Shown: positions 1 to 8,907, counted from the stretch's first letter. The stretch is 64,000 nt of DNA from Candidatus Nealsonbacteria bacterium (GCA_016181965.1 JACOYH010000003.1:129013-193012); one strand, 5' to 3'. Numbers and translations are program-made. Notes: generated from the letters alone by a model not told the origin.

Positions 1-288
1 CCGTTTGTCGTCACCGGAATTATGGCCGGACTTATCGGATGTTTTGGGGAAATACTTGTGGTGCATAATTTTTCAGTCAATCCCAAGGGCCGCATTGGCG
101 ATGCGGTCACGGGTGTAGCTATGGACAATATTGTTACGACCTTGGGTGCGGCTATTGTCGCTATTATGGGCGGTATCTTTTTAGGGAGCAATTCGCTTAT
201 TCTAATTTTTGTCATCATTTTGGCAGCGAACACGCTCCTTATCGAGCAAATTTCTAAACTAAAAAATAGCTTGCAAGCCGCGAAGTAG
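1..288 (+). CDS. C-terminal part of a hydrophobic membrane protein (5' end outside window)
   Basis: The frame of ORF 22..288 is open from nt 1 (PFVVTGIMAG...), so the gene probably starts upstream. Hydrophobic, G/I/L-rich. No family recognised. Confidence 0.35.
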   Translation, partial: PFVVTGIMAGLIGCFGEILVVHNFSVNPKGRIGDAVTGVAMDNIVTTLGAAIVAIMGGIFLGSNSLILIFVIILAANTLLIEQISKLKNSLQAAK

Positions 289-308
289 GGGCTGCAAATT
301 TTATTTTG

Positions 309-317
309 TGCTACAAT
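309..317 (+). promoter_or_regulatory. extended -10 element TGcTACAAT, 6 nt upstream of ATG 324 (leaderless-type layout)
   Basis: TG at 309-310, TACAAT at 312-317, ggagta, then ATG at 324. Confidence 0.4.
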
Positions 318-323
318 GGAGTA

Positions 324-704
324 ATGAGGAGTATATTATTCCTATATTTGGAATGGCATTTTGTGGACCGGCCGAAAGTCATCCTTGAGGGCTGGCTGAA
401 TTGCCTAAAGTTCAACCTTAACTACTGGTCGGTTCCCGTTCTTCTAAAGACCTATTTCAGTCATTGGCGGAGATATCGCTACTCATACGGCAGGGGGTTC
501 AATTTTAGCCGCTATATCGAGGCGTTTGCTTTCAATATGATTTCCCGCGCCGTGGGAGCCGTGATGCGGACTATTTTTATTTTTTTGGGAATAGCGGCAG
601 AAATTTTAATATTGGCAATCGGAATTTTTGCGATTTTATTCTGGCTGGTTTTGCCCGGCCTTTTATTTTTGGGGCTTTTTTATGGATTCCAAATTATATT
701 TTAA
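324..704 (+). CDS. hypothetical membrane protein
   Basis: ORF 306..704; first ATG at 324 (MRSILFLYLEWHF...). The C-terminal half is hydrophobic helices (IFIFLGIAAEILILAIGIFAILFWLVLPGLLFLGLF). Confidence 0.5.
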   Translation: MRSILFLYLEWHFVDRPKVILEGWLNCLKFNLNYWSVPVLLKTYFSHWRRYRYSYGRGFNFSRYIEAFAFNMISRAVGAVMRTIFIFLGIAAEILILAIGIFAILFWLVLPGLLFLGLFYGFQIIF

Positions 705-3105
705 TCTAAAAAGGGCTGAAATTTATCGAGCCGTAAGATGGGAATGGTTGTTCTATCCGGCGCGAACCGCCAAACTCATTTTGTTTGCTTTATTTATTTT
801 GTCTTTAGCGCTGTTTTTCTACGGCTTTCTATCGGAAACATTCCCGCGGCAAATGAATTCCCTATTACTGGGGCTGGCCGTGATCTCGCTGACTTCGGCA
901 GGAATTGCAAATGTCTTATCCGGTTTTTTTGGTCAAAAATTAAAGAATCCGAAAATTAAAGATGCCCATAATTTAGCCGAAAACTTGAGTTTTGAAGCGG
1001 CTAAAATCGTTAAGACGGGCAAATTAGACGATCCCAATCTGGACATCATTTTTTTTCGCCTTTTACTTGACCCGAAAGAAATTAAAAAAATAAAAATTGA
1101 CTTCGGGCCCGACTTGATTTTTGAGGCCCTAACTACGGCGCAAAAAAGAGGACACGCAAAAATCGAGTCGAGCGATTTGTTGCTGTCTTTAGCGGAAAAG
1201 CATCCGGTTTTCCAGAAATTTTTTATTGAAAACGATTTAAGGCCCGATGATGTTGAAAATCTAACTTGGTGGCTGGAGGCGCTGAAAAAAATGGCCGCAG
1301 AAGATAAGAAATGGTGGAAATATGAAAACCTAATAAAGAAAGGAACATTAGCCAAAGAATGGACTGCCGGATACACTATTAATTTAGATAAATATTCCGT
1401 TGATTGGACGGAAATCGCCAAAAAGCAAAAGTTTCCCGAGACCATTGGCCACAAAGCGGAAATCGAACAAACGGAAGTTATTCTGGGGCGCCATGAGTTT
1501 AATAATGCTTTGCTGGTGGGGGAGCCGGGCATCGGCAGGAAATCGATAATACGAGGCATCGTCAGAAAGTCGGTTTTCGGACAGAGTTTGCCCGATGTGA
1601 ACTATAAAAGAGTGGTTGAGCTGGACTTACCCTCGCTTTTGTCGGCGCTTTCCGACCCCGAAGAAGTAGAAGCGGTCCTCAATGCGATTTTTCAAGAAGT
1701 CGTTGCGGCGGGAAACGTTATTTTAGTAATTGATGAGTTCCATAATTTCATCGGCGTAAAGCCGGGTCCCGGTAAAATAGATATTTCCGGAGTTATTTCT
1801 TCGTACCTTCATCTGCCCAAGTTTCAAGTCGTGGCAATCACCACCTATGGCGGCCTGCATAAAAATATTGAGCAGAACGCCTCAATTCTTAATCTTTTTG
1901 AAAAAGTGGAAGTTCCCGAAATATCGGAAAAAGAGACAATAATGATTTTAGAAAATTTTGCCCTACAGCTCGAAGCAAAGTACGGTCTTTTTGTCAGCTA
2001 CCCGGCTATTAGAGAAATTATTTCCTTGAGCAAGCGTTTTATCCCAGACATTCCTTTCCCCAAAAAGGCCCTCGATCTTCTGGACGAAGCGATGGTCTAT
2101 GCTAAAAAATCAGGCAAAGAAAAAGTGATTATTCCCCAGCAGATAGCCAAAGTAATTTCACAGAGAACGCAAGTGCCGGTAGGCGCTATAGAAGAAAAAG
2201 AAAAAGAAATATTGCTGAATTTGGAAGAGCTTATTCACCAGCGAATTATTAATCAAAATGAAGCAGTTAGAGAGGTTGCCGCGGCCTTGCGAAGGGCAAG
2301 AGCTCAAGTGCAAACCAAGTCGGCCCCCATGGGAACGTTCCTATTTTTAGGACCGACTGGTGTTGGTAAAACAGAGACCTCCAAGGCCTTGGCCCACATA
2401 TACTTTGGCTCTGAATCGCGCATGATTCGGCTGGATATGTCGGAGTTCCAGGCGGTTTCAGATATTCCGCGTTTGATAGGTTCGGCCGGGGAAGAGGGTC
2501 TTTTGACAACAGCTGTTCGTGAGAATCCTTTTTCCCTGATACTACTTGATGAAATAGAAAAAGCCCACCCCAATATTCTTAATCTATTTTTGCAGGTACT
2601 TGATGAGGGTTTTATAACCGATGGTTTGGGCAGAAAAGTTGATTTCAAAAATACCATTATCATCTCAACGAGCAATGCCGGCTATCAAATAATTCTTAAA
2701 GCGCTTAAAGAGCAAACCGATTGGACTGGCCTGAAGCAGAAAATGCTCGACTGGCTTTTTGAGCAGGGCACGTTTCGGCCGGAATTTATAAATCGTTTTG
2801 ATGCCGTAGTTATTTTCAGCCCTCTTAGCAAGGAAAATCTTTTGGATATTGCAGAATTGATGCTGAAAAAATTACAGAAGAATATTAGGGAGAAAGGCAT
2901 CGATTTTGTTATAACCGCTTCCCTGAAGGAAGTGATTGTTGAACTGGGATATGATCCGACATTCGGAGCGCGCCAAATGAAAAGGGTGGTGCAGGACAAG
3001 ATAGAAAACGCTTTGGCCTCTGCGCTGTTGTCGGGCCAGCTGAAAAGAGGAGATAGGGTAGAGATTAACCACGAGACATTTGCGCCCTTAATTAGCCGGC
3101 CATGA
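682..3105 (+). CDS. Clp/Hsp100-family AAA+ ATPase (two AAA modules) with N-terminal transmembrane anchor
   Basis: ORF 628..3105, start moved to ATG 682. D1: GEPGIGRKS plus VILVIDEFHNF. D2: FLFLGPTGVGKTETSKALA plus LILLDEIEKAHP. Clp_N-like repeat (IESSDLLLSLAEKHP). Two hydrophobic helices near the N-terminus. Confidence 0.85.
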   Translation: MDSKLYFNLKRAEIYRAVRWEWLFYPARTAKLILFALFILSLALFFYGFLSETFPRQMNSLLLGLAVISLTSAGIANVLSGFFGQKLKNPKIKDAHNLAENLSFEAAKIVKTGKLDDPNLDIIFFRLLLDPKEIKKIKIDFGPDLIFEALTTAQKRGHAKIESSDLLLSLAEKHPVFQKFFIENDLRPDDVENLTWWLEALKKMAAEDKKWWKYENLIKKGTLAKEWTAGYTINLDKYSVDWTEIAKKQKFPETIGHKAEIEQTEVILGRHEFNNALLVGEPGIGRKSIIRGIVRKSVFGQSLPDVNYKRVVELDLPSLLSALSDPEEVEAVLNAIFQEVVAAGNVILVIDEFHNFIGVKPGPGKIDISGVISSYLHLPKFQVVAITTYGGLHKNIEQNASILNLFEKVEVPEISEKETIMILENFALQLEAKYGLFVSYPAIREIISLSKRFIPDIPFPKKALDLLDEAMVYAKKSGKEKVIIPQQIAKVISQRTQVPVGAIEEKEKEILLNLEELIHQRIINQNEAVREVAAALRRARAQVQTKSAPMGTFLFLGPTGVGKTETSKALAHIYFGSESRMIRLDMSEFQAVSDIPRLIGSAGEEGLLTTAVRENPFSLILLDEIEKAHPNILNLFLQVLDEGFITDGLGRKVDFKNTIIISTSNAGYQIILKALKEQTDWTGLKQKMLDWLFEQGTFRPEFINRFDAVVIFSPLSKENLLDIAELMLKKLQKNIREKGIDFVITASLKEVIVELGYDPTFGARQMKRVVQDKIENALASALLSGQLKRGDRVEINHETFAPLISRP

Positions 3106-4304
3106 TTATAGCCAGTCCAAGGGCCCTGATCGCATTGTCATTTTTTCCTCTCGTTGTTTTGTTTGCGGGAGGATTTTTTGTTGCTACCAACTGGAAGACA
3201 GCTCTATATTATCCCGATGATTTTGAGGGGGAGGCGCAACAAGAGTCCAGTAAGACGACGGCAATAATCAAAGAGTCGCCGCGAGAGAGAAGCAAGCACG
3301 TAAAAGGCATATATATGAACGAACACGCGGCAAACTCTAAAAGCGCAAACGGCGCAGCTATTCGCGAGGAAATCGCGGCACTTTTAAGCCAAACCGAATT
3401 AAATGCCGTGGTTATTGATATAAAAGAAGCAGACGGCGCGTACCTTCCATCATCGCTTAAGAACTACATAAACGAGCTGCACGAAAAAGATGTTTGGGTC
3501 ATTGCCAGAATTTCCGCTTTCAGGGATTCATCGTTGCGCGAACAATATCCGGAGTGGTATCTTTGGAGCAAAAGAGCAGATAACTCATTGGAGATTTGGC
3601 AAGACGCGGCCGGCGGACACTGGCTCGACCCGAAAGGCCCTGGCGCGCAGAATTATATTATTGATTTCTCAAAAAAGGCCGTTGATTTTGGTTTCGACGA
3701 ATTGCAGTTTGACTACATAAGATTTCCCTCCGACGGCAGCGTAGGCGATGCCATCTATCCTTTTTATAACGCACAAGAGGAAGAAAAATACGATGTAATC
3801 GGCGAATTCTTTAATAAAATATCGCAAGATCTTCGCGAGTATGACCCCGATATCATTCTTTCTGTCGATTTGTTCGGATACGTGGCGGCTCATCAAAGCG
3901 CCGCGGAAATAGGACAGCGAACTTATGATGCGGCGCAGGCCTTTGATTATATTTCCTATATGCTTTATCCCAGCCATTTTTATAGCGGTTTGCAAGTTGG
4001 CCCGGACGAAAGACGCGATTTGCCGGCCATAAACCTATCCGGCGAAACCATTTCCAATAGTCCCTATTCTGTTATTGCCCGCTCTATTTTTATCGCTTCT
4101 GATTATCTCGCATCAATCGGTTCTGCGGCAAAAATCCGGCCATGGCTGCAGGACTTTAATATTAACAAAGATACGGAAAGAGGAATTTATTACGATGCCA
4201 AAAAAGTGAGAGAGCAGATTTTAGCCGCCGAAGAATCGGGAGCCAGCGGCTGGCTTTTGTGGAATCCATCCGCCGCATACACCAAATCCGCCCTTTCGCC
4301 ATAA
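3102..4304 (+). CDS. putative glycoside-hydrolase-like TIM-barrel protein (DUF4015/GHL-like), membrane anchored
   Basis: 400 aa. N-terminal TM helix, then GIYMNEHAA..VVIDIKEADG..WLDP..DELQFDYIRFPSDG, a pattern I associate with this family. Start overlaps the clp stop (ATGA). Confidence 0.5.
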   Translation: MIIASPRALIALSFFPLVVLFAGGFFVATNWKTALYYPDDFEGEAQQESSKTTAIIKESPRERSKHVKGIYMNEHAANSKSANGAAIREEIAALLSQTELNAVVIDIKEADGAYLPSSLKNYINELHEKDVWVIARISAFRDSSLREQYPEWYLWSKRADNSLEIWQDAAGGHWLDPKGPGAQNYIIDFSKKAVDFGFDELQFDYIRFPSDGSVGDAIYPFYNAQEEEKYDVIGEFFNKISQDLREYDPDIILSVDLFGYVAAHQSAAEIGQRTYDAAQAFDYISYMLYPSHFYSGLQVGPDERRDLPAINLSGETISNSPYSVIARSIFIASDYLASIGSAAKIRPWLQDFNINKDTERGIYYDAKKVREQILAAEESGASGWLLWNPSAAYTKSALSP

Positions 4305-4312
4305 ATAGGATT

Positions 4313-4335
4313 ATTGCTTCCTCCGAGGAAGCAAT
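4313..4335. repeat. perfect 9-bp hairpin ATTGCTTCC-tccga-GGAAGCAAT
   Basis: Read directly. First of three consecutive hairpins in the 4305-4555 gap. Confidence 0.7.
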
Positions 4336-4345
4336 AAGTAAGACG

Positions 4346-4378
4346 CTTACAGACGCCCGACGTCTGTAAGTTTTTTTT
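4346..4378 (+). terminator. intrinsic terminator
   Basis: CTTACAGACG-cccga-CGTCTGTAAG followed by T8 (4371-4378). Confidence 0.75.
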
Positions 4379-4394
4379 ACTGTCGGAAGGATTG

Positions 4395-4437
4395 CCGAGG
4401 ACTGTCCTTGCCAGATTCTGGCAAGGACAGTCCTCGG
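4395..4437. repeat. 43-nt palindrome, family A copy 1
   Basis: CCGAGGACTGTCCTTGCCAGA-T-TCTGGCAAGGACAGTCCTCGG, 21-nt perfect arms. Second copy at 31514..31556 with central A. Confidence 0.9.
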
Positions 4438-4465
4438 CAGCTCGGCATGTGGATAAGTAGGGTGG

Positions 4466-4494
4466 TTGACGTGTCTTCTTAAGTGGGCGATAAT
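4466..4494 (+). promoter_or_regulatory. sigma70-like promoter of the mraZ operon
   Basis: TTGACG (4466-4471), 17-nt spacer, GATAAT (4489-4494). Confidence 0.5.
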
Positions 4495-4504
4495 GGAGTT
4501 GCAG

Positions 4505-4529
4505 TGGGAAATTGTGGAAAACTCTGGGG
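4505..4529 (+). promoter_or_regulatory. candidate MraZ operator: three TGGRN pentamers at 10-bp spacing
   Basis: TGGGA 4505-4509, TGGAA 4515-4519, TGGGG 4525-4529. Lies between the -10 and the mraZ ATG. Confidence 0.45.
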
Positions 4530-4555
4530 ATAAGTCGTTAAGTGGGGGATAAATC

Positions 4556-4987
4556 ATGCTTATAGGTGAATACCGGCACAATATTGATACGAAAAAACGC
4601 CTCTCCGTTCCTGCTAAGTTCAGGAAGGATTTAGGCGAGAAAGCGGTTATTACCAAGGGTCTTGAAAAATGTCTGGTTGTTTACACTTTGTTAGAGTGGG
4701 AAAAACTCGCCCAAAAACTTAATAATCTACCGACAAGCCAAGCAGATGCCAGAAATTTCGCGCGATTGATGCTGTCGGGAGCTGCCGACGTTGAGTTGGA
4801 TAAGCTTGGCAGGGTCCTCATTCCCGACTATCTTAAAAATTATGCTTCTTTGAAAAAGAATGTTACCGTGCTCGGACTTTCCACAAAAATAGAAATATGG
4901 GACGCAGACAAATGGGAAGAACATAAGCAGAAAACAGAAACCGCTGCCGGCGACATCGCGGAACGCCTGAAAGAACTGGGGATTTGA
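4556..4987 (+). CDS. mraZ: transcriptional regulator MraZ
   Basis: MLIGEYRHNIDTKKRLSVPAKFRKDLG and a second SpoVT/AbrB-like half (LDKLGRVLIPDYL). First gene of the dcw block. Confidence 0.9.
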   Translation: MLIGEYRHNIDTKKRLSVPAKFRKDLGEKAVITKGLEKCLVVYTLLEWEKLAQKLNNLPTSQADARNFARLMLSGAADVELDKLGRVLIPDYLKNYASLKKNVTVLGLSTKIEIWDADKWEEHKQKTETAAGDIAERLKELGI

Positions 4988-4988
4988 T

Positions 4989-5870
4989 ATGCACATACCG
5001 GTTTTAAAAGAAGAGGTAATTCAATATCTGGATGTAAAGCCGAATGATAATTTCATTGACGCGACTTGCGGCAACGGGGGGCACAGCGCCGCTATTTTGG
5101 AGAAAAATGGACCCAAGGGCAAGGTACTGGCAATTGACAGAAGTCCGGAGCAAGCTGAAAATTGCAAGTTGAAAACAAAGAGTTATGGCGCGAGGATTAC
5201 AACGGTGTGCGATAATTTCGCTAATTTAGCGGATATTGCCGGTAGAGAGAGTTTTAAAAACATAAAGGGAATTTTGTTTGATCTGGGAGTATCCAGCTGG
5301 CATTTGGAGGAGTCAGGTCGGGGTTTTTCTTTTCAAAAAAGCGAGCCCTTGGACATGAGGTTCAATCCAGAAAACCAGTTGACGGCGCAGAAGATACTGA
5401 ACTTTTGGTCCAAGCCGGAATTGACAAAGATGTTCAAGGACTACGGAGAGGAAAGATTTGGCGAGCGCATTGCCCAAGAAATCGTCAACAGCAGGCAGGC
5501 AAAACCCATCACCGACACCCTGCAATTGGTGGAAGTTATCAGGAGAGCGGTACCGGGATTTTACAAGCGGCAGAAAATACACTTTGCCACCAAGGCATTC
5601 CAGGCCTTGCGAGTCGCTGTCAATCAAGAATTAGCCAATATTGAAAAAGTTCTTCCGCAGGCGCTGGATATTTTAGCGGCGGAAGGCAGAATGGTCGTGA
5701 TTTCCTTCCAGTCCCTGGAAGACAGAATAGCCAAAAATTTTTTCAGGGAAAAAGCCAAAGAGGGGAAGCTGGAGATATTAACCAAAAAACCGATTATTCC
5801 ATCGTTAAGGGAAATTAAAGCAAACCCTCGGGCAAGGTCAGCCAAATTGAGGGCAGCAATCAAAAAGTAA
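4989..5870 (+). CDS. rsmH: 16S rRNA (cytosine1402-N4)-methyltransferase RsmH
   Basis: HIPVLKEEV..DATCGNGGHS..ILFDLGVSSWHLE..RGFSF. Follows mraZ. Confidence 0.95.
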   Translation: MHIPVLKEEVIQYLDVKPNDNFIDATCGNGGHSAAILEKNGPKGKVLAIDRSPEQAENCKLKTKSYGARITTVCDNFANLADIAGRESFKNIKGILFDLGVSSWHLEESGRGFSFQKSEPLDMRFNPENQLTAQKILNFWSKPELTKMFKDYGEERFGERIAQEIVNSRQAKPITDTLQLVEVIRRAVPGFYKRQKIHFATKAFQALRVAVNQELANIEKVLPQALDILAAEGRMVVISFQSLEDRIAKNFFREKAKEGKLEILTKKPIIPSLREIKANPRARSAKLRAAIKK

Positions 5871-5883
5871 TACCATCCATTCA

Positions 5884-6168
5884 ATGATAAGTTCAAAAAG
5901 TTTTCTAATCACCGGAACTCCAGTTATTTTTCTCCTTCTGTCTCTTTACGTATATCAAGTGCAGGCCTATACCCAAGATGGTTTTGTTATTGCGCGTTAC
6001 GAAAAACAGATAGAAGAAATCTCGCGAACTCAAAAGGGCCTTGCGATTAATTTTTCGGAGACCAATTCTCTATCAAATTTGGAGACATTATTGAAATCAA
6101 TAAACTACCAAGACGTCGGGCGGGTGCGATACATTCAAATGACGGGCGCTCAAGTGGCCGTAAAGTAG
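5884..6168 (+). CDS. small bitopic membrane protein, FtsL-like by position
   Basis: 94 aa with one TM helix (FLITGTPVIFLLLSLYVY). Sits between rsmH and the PBP gene as ftsL does. No sequence motif. Confidence 0.4.
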   Translation: MISSKSFLITGTPVIFLLLSLYVYQVQAYTQDGFVIARYEKQIEEISRTQKGLAINFSETNSLSNLETLLKSINYQDVGRVRYIQMTGAQVAVK

Positions 6169-6180
6169 TTTGAGACGAAT

Positions 6181-7881
6181 ATGAGGCAGTGGAGAGCAAA
6201 CTTAGTTCTGTTTCTCATTTTCTTTGTTGGGGCGGTTATCATATACCGCTTGTTTTCTTTGCAAATTATCCAGCACGATCTATACGCCGCATTAGCATCG
6301 GGCCAGCAGAAATATTTTTTGAAAACGCAGGGAGAAAGGGGGGAAATTTTCTTTAAGAATTATAATTTGCCATTAGCCACGGAAAAAACTTCCTACTTTG
6401 CATATCTTTCTCCGGAGGAAACGCCCAGAGAAGAGAAAGAGCGGGTGGCTCGCTTATTATCTGAACTTATAGGAATAAAGGAGCAGGTTCTTTTGGAAAA
6501 AATTCAAAAAAACAGCCTTTATGAGCTGGTCGCAGAAAAGATAGATGAGGCGACGGGCCAAAAAGTTAAGGAGGCCCAGCTTCCGGGAGTTCACATTGGT
6601 GAGGAGAAAATGCGGGACTACCCTTATCAATCTTTTGCCTCGCGTCTCTTGGGATTTGTAAACAAGGACGGCGCGGGCCAATATGGGCTGGAGGAATACT
6701 GGAATGACATCTTGAGCGGCAAAGAAAATTATTTGGAAGGCGAAAGGGGGCCGCTTGGCTATCTCTTTTCATATAAAGACGCAGCGAGCAATGAGGGTTC
6801 CGATATTGTTTTGAGTATTGATTATAACATTCAATACATGGCCGAAAAATTGCTGTCTGCGGCCGCTAATCAACTAAATGCGGAGGGCGGCGCTATTATT
6901 GTCATTAATCCGCAGACGGGCGAAATCATGGCGCTGGCCGAATGGCCGAATTATGACGCCAATAAGTATGCGGTCGTTGACGACTTGAGCGTTTTTAAGG
7001 TGGGGTCTATTCAGGGCGTGTTTGAACCGGGCTCGGTTTTTAAGCCGCTTACTATGGCCGCTGCGCTCAATGAAGGCGATATTACGCCGCAGACAACCTA
7101 CTTTGACCCCGGGGTCTTGGAAATTGGCGGATGGCCCATTTACAACTATGATCAAAGAGTTTATCCGGGAGAAATAACAATGACCGGCGTTTTAGAAAAA
7201 TCAATCAATACAGGGGCTGTTTTTGCCGAGCAGCGAGTCGGGCATAAAAAGTTTTTGGAATATATTAAGCGTTTTGGAATTTTTGAAAAAACGGGCGTTG
7301 ATTTGGCCGGAGAAATCCTGCCTCAAAATAACGAGTTCAGGAAGGGCTACGAGATAAATTTCGCAACGGCCAGCTTTGGGCAGGGCATCGAAATGACTCC
7401 CATGCAGCTGGTAAGAGCGTTTTCTGTCATTGCCAACGGCGGAAAACTTATCACCCCCCATCTTGTAAAAGAAATTAAAAACAGCGATAATAAGACAATC
7501 GAAAGGGAACCAAGCGATGCGAGGGATGGCATTATTTCGGCAGGCACTTCGCAAAAACTCGCGGCGATGCTGGTTAGCGTGGTGGAAAACGGATTTGGCA
7601 AAGCGGCTAAAATACCGGGATACTATGTGGCTGGAAAAACGGGCACTGCCCAGGTTTCCTGGTCGTCTATGGGTGTTAGCAAAAGCGGCTATTCCGACAA
7701 GACGTGGCAAAGCTTTATCGGTTTTGCTCCCGCTTTCAACCCCAGATTTCTTATTCTCGTCAAGCTTGATAATCCGGCGACAAAAACAGCCGAATATTCG
7801 GCAACGCCAATTTTCAGGGACTTGGCAAAATATATAATTGATTATTATCAAATTCCCCCCGACTATGAAGAAACTTTTTGA
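6181..7881 (+). CDS. ftsI: penicillin-binding protein 2/3-type transpeptidase (FtsI-like)
   Basis: N-terminal TM. SxxK (GSVFKP), SxN (KSINTG) and KTG (GKTGTA) motifs. dcw context. Confidence 0.9.
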   Translation: MRQWRANLVLFLIFFVGAVIIYRLFSLQIIQHDLYAALASGQQKYFLKTQGERGEIFFKNYNLPLATEKTSYFAYLSPEETPREEKERVARLLSELIGIKEQVLLEKIQKNSLYELVAEKIDEATGQKVKEAQLPGVHIGEEKMRDYPYQSFASRLLGFVNKDGAGQYGLEEYWNDILSGKENYLEGERGPLGYLFSYKDAASNEGSDIVLSIDYNIQYMAEKLLSAAANQLNAEGGAIIVINPQTGEIMALAEWPNYDANKYAVVDDLSVFKVGSIQGVFEPGSVFKPLTMAAALNEGDITPQTTYFDPGVLEIGGWPIYNYDQRVYPGEITMTGVLEKSINTGAVFAEQRVGHKKFLEYIKRFGIFEKTGVDLAGEILPQNNEFRKGYEINFATASFGQGIEMTPMQLVRAFSVIANGGKLITPHLVKEIKNSDNKTIEREPSDARDGIISAGTSQKLAAMLVSVVENGFGKAAKIPGYYVAGKTGTAQVSWSSMGVSKSGYSDKTWQSFIGFAPAFNPRFLILVKLDNPATKTAEYSATPIFRDLAKYIIDYYQIPPDYEETF

Positions 7882-8899
7882 AAAAATTAAATTTATCTTT
7901 AGAAAACCTACATTGATACTGGTGGCTGGCGCCGCTCAAAAGACCGCAAGAGAAGCCATTGCCGGCGTGGCGGGCAAAGAGGTTCTTGTTTTTGAGGCAG
8001 CTTCAAAGACACCAAACGAATGGAAATTTTTTATAGAAAGATCGCAGCTGCCTATTTTGGTTGTCAGCCACATCGGGGAATATCATCCCGAAAAGGAGTT
8101 TTTTGCCGGCGAATTAAAAGACGCAAAAGAAATCAGCGTTCTCGCCAAGATGTTGCCCGCGCATGGGCATCTAATTTTGAACTACGACGATGAAACTGTT
8201 CGCGATATGCACGGCCAAAGCAAGGCCCATCCCTTGTTCTTTGGGCTGGGGGCGAGAGCCGACATTCAGGCGAGCGATATTGTTTTGACGCAATTTCCCG
8301 AGACAGGCACTAATTTCAAGATCAATTATGAGGGCAAAACCGTTCCCGTGTGGCTGGAAAAATTATTTGGCAAAGAGCATGTTTACGCGGCCTTGGCGGC
8401 CGCCGCCGCTGGTGAAATTTTGGGGCTGAATTTAGTAGAGATTTCAGGCTCGCTCAAGCGATATGTTGGAGTTGCCGGGCACATGAAGCTGACGGGGGGC
8501 ATTAAGCAGAGTTTTATTTTAGATGATTCCGAAAATGCTTCGGTTTTGTCTATGGCCGAGGGCCTGGATTTGCTTAAAAGAATCAAAGTGTCGGGCAAGA
8601 AAATCGCCGTTCTCGGCGATATTGTCGGAGTCGGCAAATATACTATTGAAGCGCATGAAGCAATCGGCGAGAATGTTGCCCTTTCAGCCGACTTGCTTTT
8701 TACGGTTGGAGATAGGGCTAAATTTTTTGCCGAAGGCGCCAGAAAAAGGGGCATGACAAACGACAGAATTTTTGAATTTTCCGAAGTCGGTCCATCTGGC
8801 TTGGCTCTGCAAGAGAAAATAGCCCAAGGCGATTTAATTCTGATTGACGGCTCCAAAGAAATGAGTATGATGGACGTAGTCACGGAGGTAAAAGCATAG
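7865..8899 (+). CDS. Mur ligase family protein, divergent MurF-like
   Basis: ORF 7838..8899, ATG at 7865. LILNYDDETV, GKEHVYAALAAAAAG and ILDDSENAS resemble MurF blocks. The P-loop position reads LVAGAAQKTA instead of GxxGKT. Confidence 0.6.
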   Translation: MKKLFEKIKFIFRKPTLILVAGAAQKTAREAIAGVAGKEVLVFEAASKTPNEWKFFIERSQLPILVVSHIGEYHPEKEFFAGELKDAKEISVLAKMLPAHGHLILNYDDETVRDMHGQSKAHPLFFGLGARADIQASDIVLTQFPETGTNFKINYEGKTVPVWLEKLFGKEHVYAALAAAAAGEILGLNLVEISGSLKRYVGVAGHMKLTGGIKQSFILDDSENASVLSMAEGLDLLKRIKVSGKKIAVLGDIVGVGKYTIEAHEAIGENVALSADLLFTVGDRAKFFAEGARKRGMTNDRIFEFSEVGPSGLALQEKIAQGDLILIDGSKEMSMMDVVTEVKA

Positions 8900-8907
8900 T
8901 TTCAATA

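Noticed and set aside
933-1559. Long antisense ORFs in the track, for example 933..1559(-), 7201..7851(-), 10200..10670(-), 25211..25909(-), 33500..33946(-), 50751..51158(-), 51136..51609(-), 54804..55262(-) and 57653..58156(-).
   Set aside because: Each lies entirely opposite a confidently identified conserved gene (clp, ftsI, the P-type ATPase, atpF/H, the Cys-repeat gene, acdBA, ppsA, L25). They show low-complexity or biased composition and have no start signals, so I treat them as shadow ORFs.
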